DNA of 64,000 nucleotides from Oopsacas minuta (GCA_024704765.1 JAKMXF010000110.1:124001-188000), one strand, 5' to 3'. Positions 32,492-46,451 are shown, numbered from the stretch's first letter. A program made the numbers and translations. The notes: generated by a model from the sequence alone, not told the origin.

Positions 32492-35400
32492 TTAATCCAC
32501 TTTCTCATAATGCTCATCATCACTATTATCTGCTTCACCAACCGTAATGTTATGTTCTGCCAGTAGAGCATCTGTACCTGGTGCATTCTGTTCTATCTCT
32601 TCCCTCAACTGGTCGTTGGCTGATTTTAGCCCAGCAGATCTATTATATTTAATTTTGGTTATAAATATTGATAGATTTGAGCTATAAAGAATTCATGTTA
32701 CACAGCAATGTTAATTCAAGAGTAAAGTCAAATTAGTTAGCGTATAATACGACAAGGGGGCATTGAATGTGTGTATCTTCAAATACATAATATTATTATT
32801 GGGAGAAACTAATTAAAAATCAACCATATTGGCTCTAAAATTAAACTCGTTTAACTTGCTGGATAAGATTTGAAATTATGGCAGATGATGTTTTGTCTCG
32901 TTCGTCTTAGCATCCACCAAGCTTTGATGACAAATGTTTACACTACCCATAGAACTGATGCCAAATAAATACAATTGAAATAATCTGACTTTTTGTGCAG
33001 CAAAGTCAACTCTGTTGCGTATAAGAAAATTAATAATTTGGAGTTAAGTTTCTAATGATACAAAAACGGTTTTCATATGAATATGTGGCAATGTTAGTGG
33101 CATAACTGCCAAAACTTTTGTAATGTGAACCATAGTTCGAAGTATTTCTAGATGATAAAATATTTGAGCAATATTAATCTCCAAGAACTCGTCACCATCT
33201 TTATAAGTTATAACATTACAGTACACAAAGCTTATTTTATATAGGATTTTTATTCGTAGCAACAAATGTAGCTACGAATAATGTGAAAATTGAAAATAGC
33301 TGAAACTTTGACTAACATTGTACAAGTATTAACTCACTTCGCATCAGCTACCCATAATCCAGAATCCACACATCTTTTCATATGATATTCGGCATCCTCT
33401 TTAGACATTGCATTGAGTACTTGATGGAGTTTAGCTATACTCTGTGATTCGAAACATTCCTTCAATTCCTATGAACAATCTCATCGGTAATAATTGCTTG
33501 TAACCATGAACAAAGTGGCCACAAACAAAGAACGCTTATCTACAGGCGTGTTGCAGATTGTACAGTTGTAGTTGGAAATTTGGTGGGGAGTAATTACTGA
33601 TTATCACTCGAAAGCGAAAAATTAATAAAACAATTAAATTCTTTGGGATGTAGTTGAAATTTCGGTGAATAGTTTTGGATATTCGGCAAGTGAAAATGCA
33701 CACAACTAATATATGTAATTCCAGTTTTATAGAACTATGTAGTGGTTAGTACATACAGCTTGACTTTCTCTAACATCAGACACAACACACATGAAAGAGA
33801 ATTGTTAAACCTGTGAAGTGCAAATACTTTCTATATCCAAGCAACTAATTGACGTGTGCAATGAGTAACATATTCTATTAATTACTCCTTACACTGTCCA
33901 CTATCAAATGACGATTGAATCAAGGATTCAAGACTATATTTAAAATTGAGACTTATGTTGATTCAGACGATAACTTACGTTCGGTAGGGTCTCCATTACA
34001 TCTGCTGGATCTAATCCTCCTGGTCCTAATCTCTTCTTCCTCTCTTCCTATACCAAAATTTATTAAAAATGCGATTTAATGATTCCTGGGGTTATCATTA
34101 AAGATAGTTAGTAAGCTGAGAATGAAATTAAAATTATAGTCAATTTCTATTATCAAAGAACACGGAAATATTGAAATACCCGCTTATTTCGAGGTTTGGA
34201 TTTGTACTAATATTCTCCCAAACCGTCAAAGTAACACACTTTTCATCGTAATATCGAAGTAATTATCGTTGTCGCTTGAGCTTGGATATAACGGGAGTTA
34301 ACTGTATATATTCCTTACCTCTTCATACTCTTTCATTGCTTTATCAATTCTAACCTGAGCACGTACTTTAACACGCTCAATAAACCCTTTTACTTCATCT
34401 TCATAAGCTTCTACATAAGTCTTATCTGCTGTCTTTATTCTAAAATAAAGTGAAACTTATATTAATTAAGTACCCATAAAAGCAGATAAATAGTTCAATT
34501 TAGGTAGAAGAGATTCTTATAGCTGGCAGTTCTATTGCCGATGAAGAGGAAATAGCCGCCCCAGTCTGAATTATCATGACGAGAGGCAATATATACGCTA
34601 TGCTGAGGTAAATAGATTATTGTTTAAGTAAATATGAAAGCAAGTGCATAAGGACTAGCATATGTAACTGAAGTGAATTGGGCGAATCTGTTGTGTTTGC
34701 TAGTTATTTTGGCTTCAGAAGTAATAAACGATCTTGCAAATTCATTTACTTAAACTTCAGAACAATAAATGGAATAAATTTGTTATTTGAACCTCGCAAG
34801 CCAGCCCTGTTTACAGAATCATTTTTGGACAAATAGTATGTAGTACACGTAATGTTTTGGCAAAAAATATTCTACTAACACAGTGTATATAACTTTAATA
34901 CGATATAATGATAGGGTTGTAGCATGAAGGCCACTATAGGGTACACATGTAACACGCAAGAAGTAATTATGTAATTTTGTGTCCTATCGCATGCATAGGC
35001 AGTTCAGTTCAGAGTACAGTGTATTGTGCTAATAATTATATTATCCTATTAGATACAGTAGAACTTCTTCCAACCCAAAATTTTAATTCCCATACATTTA
35101 AATACAATATCTATTCAGGTAGGTTTTACACTCAGATAGCACGTACTAGCTTCTGTTTCATGGAGGAGTGCGTCTTATCTTAATTCTACCTTACAATCAT
35201 ATCTATTTCCAACTGACAAATTAAGGATGGTAATGCTATATTGAAATACTCGAAGCAAAAGTTAAGAGAGTGTGCGTGTCCGTAACTGTGCCTGTTATAT
35301 GATAATCTACCTGTTAACTAGCACAATAGCACAGATACAAATTGTTAATTAACATTCGGGATTGCTAAACGACCAATCTACGTATACATATGCAAATATA

Positions 35401-38400
35401 GAGCTAAAATAGTCAAATATATGCTTGCTATAATCTGTAATGTCACAAAACTCTTAGTCTATATTGCAATCATCTCAATACACATGATAAAGCAGGTACC
35501 AAAGTAACGGATAAATAATAATGAGTAATAAAATATGAACTCATCGATAAATAAAATTAATAAACTATTCAAACACATTTCATGAAAATAATATTCTAAT
35601 ATATTTGACAGGGACGAATCATATGTAGATACAGGTCCGTACCATTACTGTCTATAAATGAAAACAGGATATATTCATACAATTAAATTTCGCGGAAAAG
35701 TTTGTACCACGAAAAGTATAATGACGGTTATAACGTCGTAAATGAGACAAGTTTACCTCTCAAAAAACTTAGGGACACAACTCCTAGGATCAATCTTAAG
35801 CTGCTTGCCTAGCTCCAATATGTAGTTAAGACATATTGTCTGTTTGGCTACACGCTCCATCAGGGAATGTTTCTATAGAAATATTCATGATACAACAGAG
35901 CTCATGAGAATCTACTAAATGAAGCATAAACTAGAATGTACTCTCTAATATAGGGAATTATAACTATTACTATAGTATTCCTATACCATGGATGTAATCA
36001 CAGGCATATCAATTACGTCATCAGATAATTATTATTCCAACTTAGCGAGCCAGTGAAGAAACAAAACTTCAATAAAAGTGTAAGTTCACATTTACATGAC
36101 AATTGAGTATTACATTGATATAAGCATTACTCGTATTTGCTAGAAATTTGATCGAACTTACTTCTTCAACTTCCAAGTTGATACACCATAGAGTTAGATA
36201 GCCTGCTGTATCTTCATTAACTAGTTCGGAATTCCTGACCAAGAAGTCTTTGCTGTAAAAAAGTGCAATAATATTCAGTATTTGTGAGTAAGAAATTGAC
36301 AACAATTGTACATCGATGTAATACATACAGTCAACTCCGGTTATAACGAATACCAGCTTATATCGGAGTCTGAAATTGTACAAATACGTATAGACATCAA
36401 ACAGTCTCGGTATTTCTTCGGTTATATCGATCTCCGTATATATCGAAGGAATTATCGCAGTCCCTTGAGTTTCGATATAACAGAGTTGACTGTATATTTT
36501 CTGCAAATAATAGAGTAATCAAAATTAGGAAATATAAAGTGTCATGTCAAGCAGTAAAGGTTCGTAGCCGCGGGTACGGGGTTTGCATAATTATGAAATT
36601 CACCAGACTAGGAAAAGTTATCCTTTGACATCTACAATATTTTATATTTACAAGATTACCTAGCAGTAAAATCACTGAACATTCCATATTTCTTTATATT
36701 CTCTTCATGTTTGTTCATGAACTCTTGCTAGAAATACAAGCAACAAAAGAAATAAATTCCACTTACAAATATGTGTAGCAAATACCATATGTATGTGAAT
36801 AAACACATTTGTGATAGTAAAAGATTATTAAGGAATATTGCAAGGAAACACAAATGAGCTATTATGTATAGGAGGTTGGCAAATAATCGAACTCTAATTT
36901 CATCATTACAAAATAACACATTCAAATTGTGTGGGCAGACTAGCTTTGTAAGTCTAAATGCCATATGCAAATTGTAGAATCGCAATTAAACACAATTAAT
37001 ATACATAAGTTTTAGACAAAAGAATTAATTAATTAATTTGCTTCAAACATTGAACTAACAGATTTCTTCATTCGCTCCTCTTCAGTAAGTGGTTCAGCTT
37101 TTTCATCATTTATGTTAACGACCTGAAAACAACGCAATTGTAACAAAATGTGTATTCATTTAATTCTCTAAAAGTCAAATTATATTCCCGTCAAATACGT
37201 AAATACAGCTTTCTATGGTTATAGAAAGTACAACACACTCAATACACAGACATATCATCGGTTAATTAAGTTGTAAAGTGCAGGATACGCGAGGAAGGAG
37301 GGAAGGAAGTTAGTTTTATCTAAAACATTGTATATAACGCCAGATATATGTAATATGATTATGTAATGAGTGGTAATGAACTGTGGCAGGTGAATACATT
37401 ATACACTAGTATCGTTGCCTAATTATATGTGGTTTTAAGGTTTGGTTTATTATTGCTAAAGCACAAACACAATATTATACGCAGACAAATTATATTTGAA
37501 ATTTGAGGAAGAGATCTTGTGTTGAATAATTAGTCAATAATTTACAATCGTAAGGTTGCAAATAGGAATTGGTGGCATAATCGAGCAACTTTAAAGATAC
37601 AGCTAACTCCTGTTATATCGAAGTTCAAGGAACCGCGAAATACTTTGATATAAGCGGAGTTTGACATAACCGATGGGATATACGTATGTTACTTTGACTG
37701 TTCGGGACCAAATTTGTACAATTTCAGATTTCGATACAACCGCAACTGGATATTTCGATATATCCGTGTTCGATATGACAGGAGTTTACAGTATTCTTAA
37801 GCGATAAAAAATAATAATAATATCTATCCATATCCTGATAAACATAGCAGATAGTATTCTTACTGTAGAATCGAATCCATCACGACACATAGTATCGATG
37901 TTCCATGGCTGAGATTTGGCTTGCTTGTTTAGTTCAATCTCTTTTTCCTGGTTTTCTCTGTCCTATCGAAAGTTCAACTCTTATCATTTAACAAATTAGT
38001 AAATTACATGTGTGATTAGAAAACTCGAATGTTGCAAATACTCCGAAGACCTATAATACAATACCTTCTTCTCCAACTCTCTTATGTACTTCTCAAGCTC
38101 AATCTTATCATCCTAGGAAAATTACAAGTGTGACTTACAAAGCACAAAAATCCTTTGAAATTGAACAATTATGAAGTATGTTGTAAGAGGGAAACGTACA
38201 AGTTTCTGTGATTTCTGTCTGGCCTCTTCTAGCTCTGTCTTAGTTCTATAGAATTAACGAGAAGTTGTTATAATATAGAATTACGGCAACATTGCTATAG
38301 CATTTTTTAATTAGGGTTAATTATTCGTTAATTCCATAATTGTCTTGGTAGAACAAAAACACGTATACGTATATGATAGTATGTTAGAGAATGTTGTATT

Positions 38401-40304
38401 CTAGAAATCTTGAGTAAATATACCTGATTGATGTTTCGGACAAAATGAACGATGAGTACACAAAAAACTAATTATAAAGTAATAACGCAATTACTTGGTT
38501 CTTTCTTTGTCAAGCACTCGTCTTTCCATGTCAGCCTTCTCCATCCTCTCAACACGAGACTCATGTCTCCATTTGTGAAGAGAAGGAGTGTGTATGTTTG
38601 GATGTGTTTCATCTTCATCATCACTGATCTGAATATTATACAAATAATATTACAAATTGAAATTTGCAGTTCTATCTCACTTCGAATTAGGTTTATGAAA
38701 TTTGCATTGGCTGTGCAGAATTTGAATTTGATGGAATATCATATTTTTTAGACAATATTTCTGTCATTCATATTATACAAACACGCAATCTGTGAGTCAA
38801 TAAGCCAAAATATCATCCCTCATAATAACCTAATGCACTCTCAATGGTTAGTTCCGCCTTTCCAATCCTGATAAAAAACTGTGATTGACAAAATCTTAAC
38901 CTCGAGTGAGGGATATTATATTTCAATATTTCTTTGTACTTGTATATGAATTGGGATTGATAAACCATAATTTGATTGTAAACCTTTGAATACACCCTCG
39001 GGTAGGGCTTAATTCTCAAATATAACCATAATATAAATGAATACGCATGTGTGACACGTGCAGAATTATAAATATATTTCGTATTATCTAGGGACTGAGA
39101 TTGTTACTTTGATATAAGCAAAATTCGATATAACAGATGGAATATATGTTAATTTGACGGTTTGGAACCATATTTGTACAATTTCAAAAGTATTATAACG
39201 GACGGACGGACGTCGTACATTATCCATGCCATTAAGACATCTCCCTATAGCAGCTGCACCAAAAATCGTGAATTTCTATTATATATCTGCAATGAGTCTA
39301 TTAAGTAATGAATAAGTTATCACGAAACCATGTTATAGCGTCTAGCATGAAATTACACTGAGTACTCTTATATCTAACTAGACAGAATGTAGATAATGAA
39401 TTAGAGCAGGTAAGGTGACAATACATTTTATGCAAGAGTATGTTGAAAGCTAAAAAACTAGTAGAGAGGAATGTAGGAAAGGCTACAGTAACAAATAGGG
39501 CTTACAATCCTGGGATCCTGAAGTGTAATTGTTTGTTACTTTATTTTCTGGATAAGTATGTAATAAGCATTAGAACAAATAGGATTTGTATTAAATCAAG
39601 TTCGGTAAATATGTAGTCTCGTTATTATGAACAAGATTTTTGGTCCCGTGGGGTGTCACAATAAACGACCCTGACTGTATTTACATTTGTAGCTTAATAT
39701 GATATACGCTACATTTCTTCCTAATATACTCTCTAAATTGCAGAATGCAATACTCCCATATTTAAACATTTTGGTGATGTCCAGATCTGGAATCATTTTC
39801 TTCGATTCTTATGTGGCAAATTTACACAATGGAAAGTGTGCAAAATTGTGTTAGAATGCTCTGATGGGTCTACTAATGGATTATATATATACATCTTATA
39901 TGAACTGAATACGTGTCTGTAAATACATTCTTTAAACAAAATCTCGCCATATTGTATTGGTGGAGATTAACTTCCGTGATTATAACTCCTAGTGGCAAAT
40001 CATGGGATAAACATGATTACGAAATGATAAAGTCAACTCCTGTCATATCGAAGCTAAAAGGAATGCGAAAATTTCTCCGATACAAGCAGAGTTCGATACA
40101 ACCGATTAAATTTATATTACTTTGATGGTTTGGGACCATATTTGTTTGTCAATTTCAGGCTTCAATATAGGCTGGTATTCTGATATAACGGGAGCTGGGA
40201 GTTGGATATGATATACCAATATGTACTGTAATATATACGTGTGTACACAAGTGAATATGTATTGTAATTACCTCAATGTGATCCCACTTGCTGTAGTCAA
40301 CCAT
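32492..40304 (-). CDS. CDC37: Hsp90 co-chaperone CDC37, 388 aa, 13 coding exons: 40304-40272, 38628-38495, 38245-38200, 38112-38065, 37962-37864, 37122-37060, 36727-36660, 36252-36162, 35872-35757, 34439-34319, 34047-33979, 33468-33338, 32639-32492
   Basis: All introns are GT-AG and frame-consistent (1167 nt). The product reads MVDYSKWDHIE|ISDDEDETHPNI, QPWNIDT, TAGYLTLWCINLEVEE, KAMKEYEE|EERKKRLGPGGLDP, YHMKRCVDSGLWV. Confidence 0.96.
36328..36492. mobile_element. Tc1/mariner-pogo-type MITE, family C, in a CDC37 intron
   Basis: TIRs cagtcaactccggttataacg / cgatataacagagttgactg, TA on both sides. Confidence 0.8.
37600..37791. mobile_element. MITE family C copy in a CDC37 intron (partial relatives near 6050-6160, 34280-34305, 39090-39200, 40030-40200)
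   Basis: cagctaactcctgttatatcg ... cgatatgacaggagtttacag, TA on both sides; shared internal motif gggaccaaatttgtacaatttcag. Confidence 0.7.
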
Positions 40305-41229
40305 CTTGTTGTTTACCTAGTAACTTGTAATATGTAGTAAACTAATAATAATAAATACATTCAGTAAATATGATGGATGAATGTGTCATCGTTGAGACTA
40401 TGTTTTTCTCTACAAGTAGTCTGTACTGTCTCTCCTTGCTTACTTGTGTAATGTATACACACAAAAGACATAAAAATGAATTGTATATTATGCATAATTT
40501 TCGGCATAAAATGAAAATTAATTACCTGGAAGGTTTATTGGACTAACTTTCAAGTTAATTTTGAGATAATATTTCTGTCTATTTAAGTGTCGAAACGAGA
40601 TTGGTATCACAGAATAAGTTGATAAATTTTACAAAACACCGATAAGCGAAAACAGAAAATCTGCTAACGCTAGGAGCACACTAAGCTAGAGCATAATTTT
40701 GCCAATTCAGTCAAATTAAAAGTACAGCGAGGAAATCGTTATTCATTTGTCTTTGTAATAAAGTAATATAACTAAAATATTAATGACTGAAAAATACTGA
40801 ATCTATTCACGACTTGGAGAGGTCTAATTGCATACAAGACATATATTTTACGGACAAAACAGGAGTAACCTCGATTTATACAAACTGTATTATTTTGCTA
40901 AATAAGATTGATTTAATGCATAATAATTATATTGGATTATATAATTAATTGACGTCATTGTCTATTCCTCAAAATTCGGAAATAATTAAATTCTTTTCAT
41001 TTTAGGAAAGTACAGCCCATACGTATAAAATCTAGGAAGTAAGATTCAGTAAAACGAAGTAAATATGTCATCAATGTAATAGAATGTGTACACATGAATT
41101 TTGTTCAGACTTAAGAATAACACATTTTAGAATAATAGCATTATCACTAATAATTCCCATTAGAAAGCCTCAAAACTGGGGATAAGAATGTATAAAGTTA
41201 AAGCGGATAATTACAGGGCTGATTGAGTA

Positions 41230-42576
41230 TTAACTGCTACAACAACTCTTCTCTCTACCTGGGGGTGTGTCATACCTCGCACTTTGACTCATGTCTCCGG
41301 GTATCTGGGTGATGTAGGTGTCTCCGTTTCCTTGACCTCTCTGTCTGAGGTGTCCAGGCCCTATCCTGTTGTCTAGAGATATTACTCCTTGTTTAGCTGG
41401 GTTGGAAAGAGCGGAGTCTGGACTCATGGTTGTAAGTTTATGTTTGTGACGTTTAATCAGTTCTTGTGTGATTTGGAGGAAAGCTTCCTTTACTCCTGTA
41501 ATAGAAGGGAATGTGAGTAAAATATAAGGTATGCAAAATTTACTACAGTAGAACTCCGATAATAAGTACTAATTTTGTATTCAGGGTGTATTTAGGTACT
41601 TGGTTGGCACATAAAAGTAACAGTTGAGTAACCATGAAGGATACAAAGGATCGACCCTGAGACTCATTTAGTATAGGATTAATAAGTTACCATCTTATGA
41701 GAAGTCCCTGTAAGAAAAAGTACAGGCCAGAAATTCCTGGATAAACCCATTGCCCCTGGTCTTATCCGAGTTCCATTGTACTCGATTATTTGGACATATC
41801 GCTGATGTTATCATAATAAAATTGATGTACATAGGATATAAAAATAAAGAATTCTGTGAATTTTAATAAGTAATAATGTGAGCTTGATGCATACTTGCCA
41901 ATTGTCCCGTTGTTTTTGACAAATGTTGAGGGCCAAAGAGGCTAATGTTGCGCCAAAACTTGCCAAAACCTTAATTGTCCCTCATTTTTGTAGTCCAGTC
42001 TAATACAAATATGCTACATCCCACGATGTCGCGCTAAATTAGTGTGTCCGTCCGGCTTTTTTCTTCACTCAGGTTGGCAAGTATGTTGATGTATTCCAAA
42101 ACTAACAAATTCTAACCTGTATTCTCCTTAGCAGAAGTCTCTACAAAAATAGCATTAATACTATCCGCATACTCCTTTCCCTCCTCCGTAGTTACTTGCC
42201 TGTGCTCGTCTAAATCAGATTTATTACCAATCAAACACATTGCTATATTATGCTCCACATTCTGCTGAAGTTCCTTCACCCAATCCTTAGCCAAATCTAA
42301 GCTATTTGCTTCTGTGATGTCATACACTACAAGAGCTGCATTGGCATTCCTGTAGTACATAGGTGCCATAGATCTGAACCTCTCCTGCCCAGCTGTATCC
42401 CATAACTGTAATTGTACACGGTAGTTCTCTATATTCATACGAAATGTGAAGAAGGAAGCGCCTATCGTTGGATTAACGTTGTTCGAGAACATCTTGCCTA
42501 CATATCGCATCACTATAGATGTCTTACCGACACCTTGTGTGCCTAGACAGACTACCTTTGTATCCAGGTTCTGCAT
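41230..42576 (-). CDS. Rab GTPase of the Rab5/22/31 group, probably RabX1-like, 241 aa; exons 42576-42117 and 41495-41230
   Basis: GTQGVGKT, PTIGASF, WDTAGQERF, APMYYRNANAA, GNKSD, ETSAK. A GT-AG intron joins ENTG|VKEAF. The C-terminus SCCSS* fits a geranylgeranylation signal. Confidence 0.92.
41546..41778. mobile_element. MITE family A copy in the Rab intron
   Basis: cagtagaactccgataa ... ttatccgagttccattg, TA on both sides. Confidence 0.7.
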
Positions 42577-42961
42577 CTAATACACGTTTATGTATGCGAA
42601 GTTTGAAATGAAGTTTGTGAAGAATTATATCCTAATATTGTTAAATGTCCTAATTCCACAATTGAGATGATATAATTAGCTGACCTTATCATATATCATA
42701 TATATACAAATTGTACATACAATTAGGCAACTGCATTACTCCTGATATCACCTAGCATTGATAAATACCTTTTTGGAATTGTTAGATTATGTTTATAATC
42801 TAACAATTACATTACACAACCTAATCCATTAATTATCAGAATATACGTAGATATCTGTATTAAATAGGTAAGATGTTTGAGTATAGGACTTAAATGCATG
42901 AATAGGATATATTTAATCATGAACTATGTGTATACACTGTATGATCTGTTATTCAAATCTG

Positions 42962-42963
<2 letters not shown>

Positions 42964-43000
<37 letters not shown>
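42964..43000. repeat. (AT)n microsatellite
   Basis: Uninterrupted AT dinucleotide run. Confidence 0.95.
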
Positions 43001-43003
<3 letters not shown>

Positions 43004-43631
43004 GTATATATGTATATATTATTCTCTAAAAAAACACGATAAACACGCAGTTGTGCAAGAGACAATCTTTGATTTCGAATTTTCGATACAAGTCAAATAT
43101 CCTATTTCCAGTCCTAGCTGAAATTATGATAGTTTTGCACCTACTTTCAAAAGGATGATCAATCCGAGACAATTTGGAAATAGAATAAATTCGTATGACA
43201 TAATTGATGTTATAAGTAGCTTTTATAAATAACTTTATTCTGTAATGGATATGGACAAATACCAACACACACATACGAGCCGTACAAAATATAATAACTA
43301 GAAATCAATGGAGACTGTAGAGCCTAATGTATCGTAATAGTCATGTTATGGCTTACAATTCCAAATCATTAACAAAGCATTTCAATTATTGAAATGAATT
43401 GGAGCAATATTAAGATACTCTATAGTGAGATTCCGAGATAAATAAACTTCTATGAATAAACTCAAAGAATATGAAATACAAATATAAGCTTCTAATTTAT
43501 CTAATATCAGCAAAGTAAAAGAAACAAACCATCTATTCGTGGAGTGGCATAGTTGTATGCTAAGTATTAACGTGAGCACAAATACAACAATTCATACAAA
43601 CAGGGAATATGTATAACCGCTGGTTAGTTCA

Positions 43632-45575
43632 TTAACCAAGATCTGGTACATCACGTAAATCGACAGTTGTATCAGTTGTAGATTTTATACAATTATCCGT
43701 CTCGAATAATGTAATGTAATTTGTAGAATGAGTTTTAAAGAGAACACCAGGGATATATAAAGACTTTTGTGGACCTTTCGCTGGCCAAAACCGACCCAGA
43801 TTAAAATTATTAATGAATACAACCCCTTTAGAGAAAGGTGGGGACGTAATATGTACATACGTATCCTTTTGTGTGCCAGTTTCTTTTGGTAACTCTCCTT
43901 GATAAAAACAATATTGAGTTCTTCCTTCTGGATAAAACTCTGATCTCTTTAATGTATCATGCATAAAGTGATGAAAATCGAATGAAGTTATCATCCAGGA
44001 AGTAATCAATTCATCTGATTGAAATTGAATAATACCTTTATGCTCGTGATTAAAAGTAGAATCACCATTTACAACACTACGATGTTGATAATTAATACGA
44101 CCCATATTCTCAACCATAATCTGAATAACTTGCATGGTAATACTACAATTCTTATGGAAAGTAACGTTTGTAGATTTTCGATCTAAAATAGTAATTAGTT
44201 CACTGTTGACATAGAAATGACCTCTATCCTGTATGGACAAATTAACGGTTGTCGTTAGGTTCGATTTACAATCTCCAGTTTCGAATACTGTCTCATACAA
44301 TATATACCCATAGCTTTGGTTAAAAAACTCCATAGGTACTGGAGTTTTTACTGTATAGATTTTGAAACTGTCTTTATAATCATGGAATATATTACCGTAA
44401 TATTGCAGTGTTACTTTCCCATATGTAACTTTATCATCACCAACTGGAGGGTTAGGCAAAATCACATTTCTATAGTTTGCGATAAACTTACGGATAGCGT
44501 AGTACTTCTCAGTTAGGTCTCCTCCCTCAGATATAGGAGAGTCATAATCATAACTTGTAATCCAGGGGGAATACTCGGATCCTTTTAGCATTGCTCCGTT
44601 CATGAATCCGAAATTAGTCCCACCAGAAAACATGTAGAAACAAACTGATCCGTTCGCATCGAGAATAGCATTGAGGGTGGACAGAATCCCTTCTGTAGGT
44701 CTCTTCTGGTGTTCACCACCCCATACATCTGGCCATCCAGTATAAAATTCTGAATTTACAAACGGAGTACCATAACTGTATTTCCTCAATTCATTAACTG
44801 AATTCTGTACATTTGTTCCAATACCAAAATCAATAGTAGCTAGCAAGCTATTTGTTAAAGAACCTCTTTTCAGAAGGCTGTATGAATTTCCATCAGTGGA
44901 GAAGAGAGTGACATCTTTCGCAGGGATTATATTATTAAAATATTCTACTAAATTGCTGAGATACGTCTTATCGCCTCCAAAACTACCATACTCATTCTCG
45001 TACTGTAGCATAATGATAGGACCTCCCTTTGAATAAAGAAATGGATGAATTTTAGGAAGTATAACATGCAACCAATTGTAGACATAGCTCATATAAACTG
45101 TATCCTTTGAGCGTAACATTATATCTTTGTGTGTAAGTAGCCAACTCGGCATCCCTCCAAGATCCCATTCAGCACATACATAAGGGCCAATACGTAGAAT
45201 AACTAGTAGACCAACCTGTTGAGCTAGCTTTATGAAATGGATAATATTGTGGTTACCATCAAAATCATATACACCTGGTCTGGGCTCGTGTATATTCCAG
45301 AATACGTATGTCTGCACAGCGTCTAGTCCTGCTGCTTTCATCTGCCTTAGTCTTAATGCCCAGTACTGAGGTAGTACACGTGTGTAGTGGAATATCCCAG
45401 AAATATAGCGAAACGGTTTACCGTCTTTCAAGAAATATCTGTTATTGAAATCAGGTACAAATGATGGATCAGATCCTGCGAGAGTCGTCTGATCCAATTC
45501 CACAGACAAAGAATTCACAACATGATGACATGCAAATGATAAACAGAGTGATATAAACAGGATAGTGTTTACCAT
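43632..45575 (-). CDS. GLB1: Beta-galactosidase, glycoside hydrolase family 35 (GLB1-like), single exon
   Basis: Signal peptide; DGKPFRYISG, AGLDAVQTYVFWNIHEP, GPYVCAEWDLGG, acid/base QYENEYG, nucleophile NSEFYTGW, GGTNFG, TSYDYDSPI, GRIN, NLGRFW. Confidence 0.95.
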   Translation of the reverse strand: MVNTILFISLCLSFACHHVVNSLSVELDQTTLAGSDPSFVPDFNNRYFLKDGKPFRYISGIFHYTRVLPQYWALRLRQMKAAGLDAVQTYVFWNIHEPRPGVYDFDGNHNIIHFIKLAQQVGLLVILRIGPYVCAEWDLGGMPSWLLTHKDIMLRSKDTVYMSYVYNWLHVILPKIHPFLYSKGGPIIMLQYENEYGSFGGDKTYLSNLVEYFNNIIPAKDVTLFSTDGNSYSLLKRGSLTNSLLATIDFGIGTNVQNSVNELRKYSYGTPFVNSEFYTGWPDVWGGEHQKRPTEGILSTLNAILDANGSVCFYMFSGGTNFGFMNGAMLKGSEYSPWITSYDYDSPISEGGDLTEKYYAIRKFIANYRNVILPNPPVGDDKVTYGKVTLQYYGNIFHDYKDSFKIYTVKTPVPMEFFNQSYGYILYETVFETGDCKSNLTTTVNLSIQDRGHFYVNSELITILDRKSTNVTFHKNCSITMQVIQIMVENMGRINYQHRSVVNGDSTFNHEHKGIIQFQSDELITSWMITSFDFHHFMHDTLKRSEFYPEGRTQYCFYQGELPKETGTQKDTYVHITSPPFSKGVVFINNFNLGRFWPAKGPQKSLYIPGVLFKTHSTNYITLFETDNCIKSTTDTTVDLRDVPDLG

Positions 45576-45901
45576 TAGGAAACTTATATCAGCTAAAACA
45601 TAATATTATAAAGGAGATAATTAGAAAACCATTAAAAGCAGTGATGAACAAATCAGTTGTGCAATTCACAAGTTATCTATAAATGGTAGTAATTACAGAT
45701 ATACGGTGTGTAGTATTCTTATCACAGGAATTATTAGACTATATCAGAATTAATAAGCGTTGCCCTTCAGGGAATTTGAAATCATTCGCGTTCTCATAAC
45801 TCGTAGCTCAGACTTTTGGTCCTCGCTTTATTTCCCTTCCGCTATTAACAAGGTTATCAAATTGTAAATACAGTTATCCCAATAATATAAAACAAGCATC
45901 A

Positions 45902-46381
45902 TTAATCATATACAAAAGGTCCAAATGAATCTTCACAGAGTTTATTGTGATTAAATATGAATAAACTCTGAGGTTCTGCAAATGTAGATTCTTCTGGTGA
46001 AATAGCTTTTCTAAGATTAGTCTCTATATTAACCATCGAATTAAATATAGTATTCAATTGGGTTTGTACATCCTGAAAGGAGTGAAATATCTTGATTTTC
46101 AACTCATATTCAATAGTTAACTTTTTCAATTTTTCTAATTCTGACTGTTTCCTTGAAACTATAAGACGCCGTTGATTCTCTTTGAGTACGAATGACCTAT
46201 CATTCATTCTCTTTAATTTCATCGCCATTTTTCTTCTAATCTGTGTTTCTCTAAAGCTCTTCTGCTTTCTCCTTCTTCTGGTAGGAGTACTTGTCTTATT
46301 ACCTGTGTCTATGCCTGGAGTAGTAGCTGTATCAATTTCTGTTTTCTTTAAAACAGTAGTGTTATCGCTGTTCTGAATCAT
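45902..46381 (-). CDS. Hypothetical 159-aa protein with a basic region followed by a coiled coil (loosely bZIP-like)
   Basis: RRRRKQKSFRETQIRRKMAMKLKR then a heptad-like stretch; no family recognised. Confidence 0.45.
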   Translation of the reverse strand: MIQNSDNTTVLKKTEIDTATTPGIDTGNKTSTPTRRRRKQKSFRETQIRRKMAMKLKRMNDRSFVLKENQRRLIVSRKQSELEKLKKLTIEYELKIKIFHSFQDVQTQLNTIFNSMVNIETNLRKAISPEESTFAEPQSLFIFNHNKLCEDSFGPFVYD

Positions 46382-46451
46382 TGAGCGAAATATTAATGTG
46401 TATGTTGAATCAAATTAAAAATATATTCTGAAGATGTATGTATAATTGTAT

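Noticed and set aside
36069-36518. ORFs 36069-36506 (-) and 36306-36518 (+)
   Set aside because: Composite of CDC37 exon 8, intron sequence and a MITE; not independent genes.
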